Assembly (NCBI GenBank): GCA_964016885.1
Contig: OZ024750.1
Coordinates: 5,518,001-5,582,000, forward strand
From: Eledone cirrhosa
Lineage: Eukaryota
Direction of reading: 5' to 3'
DNA length: 64,000 nucleotides
Shown here piece by piece: positions 51,355 to 61,557 of the stretch. The notes under the pieces are model-generated. The model was not told the origin of the DNA, did no database searches, and saw only the letters and a program-made list of their open reading frames with translations. The first letter of the stretch is position 1; the number at the start of each line of letters is the position of its first letter. Both the position numbers and the translations under genes were made by a program.

Positions 51355-51386
<32 letters not shown>

Positions 51387-54300
51387 CAAGAATTGACTCC
51401 CACTAATAGAATGGTACCTTTTTTTATTGACCTGTAAAGGATGATAGTCAAAGTTGACCCCAGTGGCATTTGAACTGAGAGATCAGAGAGCCGGAATCCT
51501 GCAAAGGGTTCTATTTGACGCTCTAACGACTCTGCCAATTTTCCACCTTAATTACAATAACTGAGGATAAACTGACAGAAGAATCAAATTCCTTTCTGAT
51601 ACTTTTAATTGCCTGCTTTGTAAGATATAATAATAATAATAACAATTCTTACCGAACTCCTCTTTCTTTTAATAATTCCTTGGGATTTTTTTCATCCACT
51701 TTATCCTCCATTTGTCTTTTAAACAGAAGATTAAAAAACATATTTCAAAATGATAATTAAAATAAATAAATGATAAACAAGAAGAGAGAAAAATAAAAAA
51801 TAAAAAAAAGGGAGAAAAATTAAATAAAAAGTGAAAAGGAAAGGGAGTGGCACAGACTCGTGGAAAACATGTCAAAAGCAATGCCATGGAGGACAGCCAG
51901 CGACACCCACTGCATCAGCCATTCCACATCACAAGGTTCTTTCTCAAGCAAGATACACTGTTTTATTTTGTAGAGGAAAACTCTACAACCGTCATATCTT
52001 TTTTCAAGTATAATATATACAAAACTACATCTATCTGAGATGTTATTATATTTCTAAGAGAGCAGGGTGTAATTTAAATATTTTACTGCTATTTCTAGCA
52101 GATGGTACCCACAGCGCTCTTTCATTGGTTCATTTTGTTGATGGTTGATATTATTGCTGTTGCTGTTGTTGTTGTTGAATTGTCTCTAATAAACCTTATT
52201 GATCAAATCTCTTGCTTGTAAGTAGCTAGTTCACTATTTCAGATTATTGATATTCAAACTCTATTACCAGATGTCGTTTGGCTTTTGGCTACTTATTTTA
52301 GTTTATTTCAGATATACTCATATATTTCATTGATCAATATGATAAAAGACCATGTCTTATTAACTTTTATACTTTCCAGCCATTGGCACATCATCAAGAT
52401 ATGTCTTTTCTTCTTTCTACAATTATTAAGAAAATTTTGCTGCTCTGAACTTAACAAAATTAGACAATTTAAATCTCTACTTTTTTCCTTTTCTTGTCCC
52501 TTACTACCGATTTTTGCATTACGAAATCCCATATTAAATTCGTTCTTTCATAGATCTGTATCTATTAAAGTTCCTATGTACATGTGATTAACTAATCAGA
52601 AAGAATTCACATTCAAAATTCAGCTGTTCCTGTTTACCCCAGTATCTCTAATGGTCTCTATCGACCTCAATAGTTTCTCGTATGTCATATGAAAGAGCAT
52701 TACTTTTTCTTGAGGTGTTTTTGTTGGATTCTTTCCTGTAGATGTTTCTCGTTATGTTCTCTTGTGGCTTTATGTTTCTCTTCTATGTGCATCAAGTTGC
52801 TCTGATGTTGTTGTACCAGATGGTTAACATGTTTTTGGGGTGTTGGTTTGTTTATTACATGTCCAAATTTTTCCTGAGCAAAAATGACAAAAAAAGGAAA
52901 GGAAAGGAAAAGGAATTAAAAACCGAATACCATCATCATCATCATCATCATAATAATAATAATAATAGCCATCATCATCATCATTATAATAATAATAGCC
53001 ATCATCATTATCATTATCATTATTTAATGTCCATTTTCCCTGTGAGTAAGGGTTGGACGGGTTGTCATAAACCAAGTCCGTAGTTAATGAGAGTTACTCA
53101 CCAGGGGCGCTGCTTCTCACCTATATACGTTACCACATTCTACTGTATGTGTTGGGTACATTTAATCAAGGTACCATCACTAGGGAGGTTGCCATATATT
53201 GCACTGGGGTCGATTTAATCAACTTGCCCCTCCCCACCAAAAACTGTTGGCCTTGTTCCTAAATCAGAAACCATTACATATATTTAAGGTGTTAATAAAG
53301 ACCTATGGACTTCTCTTTGTAAAGATCTCTTACCCACAATTTCAGCTATTTACATGCAAAACAACTTGGGTCATAATACATTCACTTTTATCTGTTAAAA
53401 TATGGACATGTGTTTGGCGTTGAGACTGATTTTGGTAATGACATGTTCAAAATATATTGCTATAAACCCTGTAATTAGAGCGTGGCACGAAGCTGCATGT
53501 GGCTGGTAGCTAAATGACAGGTTTACTATGCTGGAAGATGTTACAAACTCGGCAATTAGGATGTACCACAGAGCTCTATATGGCTAATGGCTAAATATTA
53601 AATTCATTATACTGGAAGAGATGCACTGAACTGGGGGTTAGCCAAAATTATACACCAAGACGACTGCATGAGTAAATCGTTTCAAGTTGTTAGACATTAT
53701 TGTGCGGTGGATTGGCAGTATCGGTAGAGTGTCAGACACTATGCTTTTCAGCATAGAGTTATGGCCCTTTACGTTCTGAGTTCAAATCCCGCCAAGGTTA
53801 ATTTTGCCTTTCACCCTTACGGGGTCGATAAAATAAAGCACCAGTAATGTACTGAGGTAATTGCTGGCCTTGTGCCAAAAGTAGAAACAATTATTGTGGA
53901 ATTACAAAATATTAGGGAATATTGTGTCTGAAAGGATGTGGTTGTGCTTCTTTTCCGTGCCAATGGAAAGAAAATATATACCACGAAAATATATAGGAGC
54001 TACATAACACGACTGTTGCTATATAATACAACCTTGGGAATTAATATTTAATCTCTGAAAAGGTTGATAGCTTTTATCAACATACTTCAATATTAAAGAA
54101 TGAAGTTGAAAACCTTACCTGCAACCTTTGAAGCGTTTTGTCTTGTCTTTCAAGAACAACATTTCGTCTGGCTTGACCGACCTGTTAAATTATTCAGAGA
54201 AAACGCAATGAAATCTCGGCTCAATTGCAATAATACATTAAAGTGGGGGAGAAATATGCATCAGGGTGAAGTCTCAGCATGGCGAATCTACGATTAAGAT

Positions 54301-55675
54301 TCGATATATTATTGTAGCCAGCCACACCAACTGCTAATGTAATAATACGGAGAGACATCACAAACTCCGGCACTTTACTTTCTGAGTTCAAATCTCGATG
54401 AGGTCAACTTTATCTTTCACCCTTCCTGGATCAATAAAACAAAGTATCAAAGTACCAGTCACGTACGGGGGTCGATGTAATCGACTTTCCTCTCCTCACA
54501 CATCGTTGGCTTTGTGCCTAAATTAGAAATCATTATTTCCCCCAGTATCGGTAGGGTGTCAGACACCACAGTCCTTTACATTCTGAGTTCAAATCCCGCC
54601 GAGGTTAACTTTGCCTTTCATCCTTACGGGGTCGATAAAATAAAGTACCAGTAATGCACTGGGTAATTGCTGGCCTTGTGCCAAAAGTAGAAACAATTAT
54701 CTAGAGTTAACCAAAAAGCCTAAATTTCGTGGCTTCAGTTAATTCATTCACATATGGGCACAAGGACGATCACAAGGAGAGGGATCGTTGTGCAATTAAA
54801 AAAAACCTAAAGATTCTTCATTCCTAAATACTAAAACTTGTCCATTCATAGATATGACAAAATACTAAAACCAGATAAATTTAAAGAAATGTAACTGACC
54901 TCAAGTTTACCTATTTTGGCAATCAGATCTTCATATTGCTCTTCTATTAAGATTTCAGTTTCTTTTAACAGAACCTCTTTCATCTTAGCAACAGCAGCAG
55001 CATTGTCACTCATCAGTTTCTTTTCAGCAGCTTCTATTTTTGATTCCTGAAGCAGAGAAGATAAATAGAAAGAAAAAAAAAAACCTGTAAATCAATCATC
55101 ACGGCCGTAGTCATGACTACCCCTAAACACTGCTGTCATCATAGTCTTTGATATCATCGTCATCACCATCGTCATCATCATCATCATAGTCATCGCCTTT
55201 GATATCATCACTATCATCATCATCATCACCATCGTCATCATCATCATCGTCATTCCACTCTGTTACCCAAACTGTCATCGCTATCGACTTCTCTTACCCA
55301 AATCCTTCCTCCTCACCTTCTCCTCGTATTCCACATCCTCCACCCCCCTCCTCCTCCTCATCACCATCATCACTATCACCACCATCACCATGATGATGAT
55401 GATGATGATGATAACAGTCACTGTTGGGTGAAAGGGGTACAGTTCATATTCTGCCACAAATACTATTGTATTATTTCCTGAGAGACTGGGTTCGTTGTTG
55501 TTGTTGTTGTTGTTGTCGTCAATATCATTGTTTTTTTTCATCATCATCATCATCATCATCGTCATTGCCGTCAACGTTGTCACCATCATAGTCGTTGCTG
55601 TCATCGCTGTTATTGTCACCATCATCATCATCAATATCCTTGTCTTCATCGTCATCGTCAATATCATTGTTTTTT

Positions 55676-55713
<38 letters not shown>

Positions 55714-56699
55714 TGTCGTCATCGTTTTTACCATCCTAGTTGCTGTTGTCATCGCCGTCAACAATATCGTCGTTGTCGTCGTCATCTTCATTGTCATCGT
55801 CATTATTATCGCCATAGTCATTATTATCGCCATAGAAGGGCGGTGGATTGGCAGTATCGGTAGAGGGTCGGACGCCATGCTTTCCAGCATAGTTACGTCC
55901 TCCCTTTACGATCTGAGTTCAAATCCCGCCGAGGTTAACTTTGCCTTTCATCCTTACGGGGTCGATAAAATAAAGTACCAGTAATGTACTGGGTAATTGC
56001 TGGCCTTGTGCCTAAAGTAGAAACAATTATTATCGCCATAGTGATCCCCCCCCCCCATCATCTACGTCTGTCACAACTCCAAGAAAAAGAGAGACTTACC
56101 AGTTTTTCACCGGAAACTCTATTATTGCCATTTCTGTTCTCTTCTTGAATTTGCTTCAATTTATTTTGCCTTTGGTTCAACTGGATCTGAAGACTGACGT
56201 TTTAAACAATCAATAGTTTGGAACTGAACACAAATATTCTATAGACACAGTCTCAAGATCGATATTGTGTAGACAAAATCTATAGTTAGTAACTGAAGGC
56301 CAATCTATCAATTTTTAAAATAAATTAGTCAGAGGAAGGGGATGAGATAGAGGACAGAACCATGACTTCTGTCGGTACTTCTAGACTCATGAAATTAATG
56401 TGGTCGATGTTCAGTACTCACTCTGAACATCTTCAAGCAAAACAATCATTTTAGGGCTACCATCTCTGTAAAAGAAAGGGTTAGTCTTGCAGGCTACTCT
56501 GTAGGTACTTCTAGTAAGTAGGTAAAGCGAGAGACAAACACATATTTAGATATTTATTTACCTTTGTTCATATTTGAGCCGAGAAAGTTCCATCTGGTTA
56601 CTAAGTTCGACAACTTTCTGCTGGTGTTCTTTTAAAATGAGATCTTTGTTCCTGAAACGGTTTAAAAATGTACTCAATACATTGGTAGAGTGTAGACTT

Positions 56700-56745
<46 letters not shown>

Positions 56746-57847
56746 GACTTCTACAGGACTAGAACTGTTTAATTAGTATGCAATCATCAGGAATGTCATT
56801 TCTGAAAAAATTAATAAACGTTGGGTGGCGAGGGCCGATTATTCGAGACCCGAGAATACCTGTAAGAATAGTAGCTGTGATGGGCAAGTTTCAGTATGAA
56901 TAGTTAATAATAAGAGGTTGGATTGACTCAAAATAAAACCGCCGGGCTACATACCTTACAGGTATTTCCGGGTCTCGAATAATCATCCCACCCCACCCTA
57001 CTTCCGATAATATGGGCATGTGGTTAGAATGTCTCAGAAAAGAATCACTGGACAGATTTTAGGGGCAAAACCAACCGACAGGAGACCCAGGGGTAGACCC
57101 TGAGCAAGATGGTTGGATAACATCCTTGAGCTTGGCTGGTCTCACTTGAGGATCTACCTGGATCAGTTGGAGACGGTTGCTTCTGACAGGACCCACTGGA
57201 GGGGGTGGTTGAGGACTCTGAACCCGCGGCCTTCTCATGAATAAATGGGCGAAGAAGAAGAAGAAGAAGAAGAAGAAGAAGAAGAAGAAGAAGAAGAAGA
57301 AGAAGAAGAAGAAGAAGAAGAAGATGAAACTTACTCTTTATCTAGACTGCTATTATTCTCCAACATCTTCGCAACAATAGAAGTCTGCTGAGTTAGAATG
57401 GCATCATGGACCGTTTCATATTCCTGTTTCTCTTTCTCTTTTTCCTGGAAGTAGTTTGAAATCAACGGAAATTTCGAAAGAGAGCAGAACATTTAGGAAC
57501 TTAAAGTTTAAATAATGGTCTCTATTTTAGGGACAAGGCCAAACATCTTTAGGGGGAAGGGATGGAAAATTGATGAAATCGACCCCACTGTGTCACTGGT
57601 ACTTTATTTTACTCATATAACTCCAGCCACCACATACACACACACACACACAATATATATATACATACATATATATATACACAGTTCGGATCTAGCTGTC
57701 GAAACGGCCGGAGCTCAGCCGTCGGGGTCCTGACTCTTTTCCTATATATTGTATATGAACTTAAGAAAATTAACAAAGAAAGGACAAGAAAACGAACAGA
57801 AACAAAACAAAACGAAAAACAATTATATATATATATATAAATATATA

Positions 57848-57891
<44 letters not shown>

Positions 57892-58320
57892 TGTATGTGT
57901 TTGTTTCAGTTGTGTACTCCAGCGTGAAAACTGATAAGATGCAATGAAGCAATGATTAGTTCTGTAGAAACCTGTAACCAATGTTGCCATTAACAATGCG
58001 TAATATAGAATATAGAATATAAAATAAATATAGGTAACAGAACTACAGCTAGACATTTCTATAAGACCTATTTCTCTATTTCTATGGGTTACTCTCCGTA
58101 CAACTGATAAGGTTGAGTAGTGGATTCTGGTGATGATTGTATTGTTATAAGATTGTTTTCATAACAATCTGCTTATGTTTGTGCAGTAACGGAGAATTGT
58201 ATTATCTCGCCAGAAACAAACACACGTATTTATATATATATATATACACACACATATACACACACACATATATACACACACATATATATGCACACACATA
58301 TATATAAACACACTCACACG

Positions 58321-58374
<54 letters not shown>

Positions 58375-60127
58375 AATAGGGAGGAAATAAAAACCACTTA
58401 ACAATGAAAAGTAGAAGAAATATAGATTTATTCTATATTTCGGTATTATAATATGTCATAATCTTAAAATTATTTCAGTTGAAGCTTAGAGATTGATAAA
58501 GCCGAAATAAAGAATGTTTTCTTTTCTCTAGTTTTGCATTCATAAGCGACTTTTATTAGTTTCCTATCTATGTACTGGAACAACAATACTTTAAGTAAAT
58601 TATAAGATATATTGATTTCTTACAGAGAGAAAATGCTCGATTAGTACTTATTTTATCGACCCCTAGATGGACAAAAGGAAAAGTTGACCCGAGATAAATT
58701 TGAACACAAAGTATTTTGTCAGAAAGGAGAGTCTATTGGTGCTGACAATCATCGCCTTACGATATATATATATATATTACCTTCATTCTTTTTTTCATTT
58801 TCTCATTAAGTAGATTTTCCTGTTCTTTACGGAAATTTTCTTTCGATTCTTAAAAAGAAATTGCACACACGACACACGTATGAAATAATATGGAGACTAT
58901 ATTTATGAACTATTAAATAATGGAGATAAAGAAAATATATGATATGAAAATATCATAAATACTGGCTGAATGAACGGATGGATGGGAATATATCGCCGAC
59001 ATCAATGAACCATCACTCTGGTCGTTAACAATGACTGCGCCTTTATTTTGTGGGAAAGGTGGAATTAATCTTATTCAGAATGTTGACTAAAGCGAGAAAG
59101 AGCAGCAACGAAGAGTAAGAGAAAATATAGAGACTATCAAATGAAACAAACGTGGAAACAAACAAACTAGAAATGAAGAAAACTAGTTATCGTCTGCGTT
59201 TGAATAAACGAACTGTTGATATAACAGTTAGAATAAGATGATCATATATAGTGATGAGGAGGGGCAAAGAAGAAAGGATATTGCCTCTCACCCTCCGATT
59301 AAGCTAGGTGTACTGGCTCACTAGATTGACTTCGGAGCCCCACGACGGGAGTCTAGCACATTATCTATTCTATGAAACGTGAGACGCCCTCCACTTTCTT
59401 TGTCGTTGGGAATCTGTTACATTATCTAGAAGGTTAACTTTTATTACCAGAGATCTTTTGTTGTATAGCTTCCTTTTGACTGAATATATTCTCCATCTCT
59501 TCTTTACTCGAGTTTGATTTCGTTTTAATATTCTCGAACAAGGAAACTTCAACATCTTGTACTTGTTTGGCGTAAGAATCGCTAAGTTGCTGGAATAAAC
59601 CAATAATAGATGTAATATAAGAACAAAACGAGACAATGACCAACGATACTCACTTCAACAGTCACCCCACCTCGTGGGGGTTCCTTTCTTAGACGGATCG
59701 CTAAATATTGGACTTGAGCTACCCTCCCTGAAAGATGGTTCCTTTAATTTAACTCATGAACATCGAAACTGCACAGACAAATGGTGCTGTCCTTGGTTTT
59801 GAACAGATGAAAATGTCGCATATTTTCAAACAAACCCTTTCGTTGCTATATTTTTAAACAAAAGGCGCCGTTCAATATACTTTGAAAATGAACAAAAATT
59901 TGGAAGGATTCAGTAAAATAGCTAACTTTCTGCCTATATATATATAAGTTTATCCCGGGTTCAATCGGGGGTAACCACAGTAAGTAAGGTACCCAATACA
60001 AAGCAGAGTATAAATATTTAATATAGAAAGGCTTCTACAGGACTAGAACTGTTTCATTCGGGTGAAATCATCAGTGCTTCCTGATGATTTCTCCCGAATG
60101 AAACAGTTCTAGTCCTGTAGAAGCCTT

Positions 60128-60161
<34 letters not shown>

Positions 60162-61497
60162 CAGGGCGTCCCCCAAAATGTATACACACTTTGATTACCT
60201 GTGCAGGTAATATTTATTAGAATGCAGTTGAGGTGTGTATACAATTTTTTGGGACACCCTGTATATAAGAAAGAAGGAGAGAGAGAATATATATTTGCAC
60301 ATCATAAATACAAAAGTGATAGGTGAAGGATATTTGTTGAATTGAAAGAAATGAAAAATATATAATGAATTACTTTAAGATAAGATTCAACCGAAATAAT
60401 TTCTTCTTGATCAAGGTTTTTTACTTCTTTTTCCCATTCTTCATTTAGTTTCGCTAGGAGTGAGTTATATTTCTTAAAAAAATGAATAAAAGAAAAGCGT
60501 AATTCTTAGAAAAAATATTCAGCAAATTGAAACATGACTCAGCCATACAACCATCAATATCTATCATATACATGAATTATACACTTCTATTTAAACCAAG
60601 AAGACACCACACAAAGTATTCTGCGCTTAATCATGTCGGTGCTTAAACAGACTTTTAAAAAGTTAAAAAACATATTTAGTCCACGTGTAGAAATAGAACT
60701 GTTTGATAAATTATAGAATCTTCGACAACACAAAAGGAAGATCTATTCGACTAGTTTCGCCTTTCGTGGAAGATTTATCTGCGTTCACTCTGGAAAGTCG
60801 ATTCTGAGATACACTTTTGATTTTTGGCCGAGTCAATTTTATATATTTTACCTTCTAACTTTACATTTCTTAGAATTTAAAACCTTTATAAAAAGATAGT
60901 TTGTTTCTTTTCATACATACAATGTGCTGGATTGATGATTACAAATACGAATACGAATAAACCAAGAACTAATATGATTTTCGCAGCATTTGCTTTTACT
61001 CGTTTGAATGTCTGGACTCAGACTATACTGGACATCGTCTTAAAGGGATTTTAGCCGGTAATTTCCATCATTTTATTAACTTCTATCGAATGGCTAAGTT
61101 ACTTCTTGACATAAAGTGACACAACTCTAATCCCCAACACACACACACGACAGGCCTTCGCACAGTTCTCATCTACCAAATTCCACTCAAGTTATTGATT
61201 AATAAGAGGCTACAGTAGAAGATACTTCTACAAAGTACCAGGCAGTGAGATAGAACCTCAAATCAATGGTTTTGAAGCGAACCTCTTCCCTGCACATTGA
61301 CATATTAATATTTTACAATTACTTGGAGACTAGCATCCAAGTTTTCGGTTTTTTCTTGTTCGAATTCTTCGAAATACTTCGTTTTCAGATGTTGATGTGT
61401 TTCTTCAAGTTTCTGGAGTTGTTCATTGCGTTTCTGGTTCAAGTTATTGGTCAACACAGTCAACTCTTGAGCAGCATCTGTAAACAGAAATAGAAGT

Positions 61498-61557
<60 letters not shown>

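Noticed and set aside
57900-58530. Possible further degenerate Penelope-type terminal repeats or ribozymes
   Set aside because: Core motifs too decayed to support by eye.
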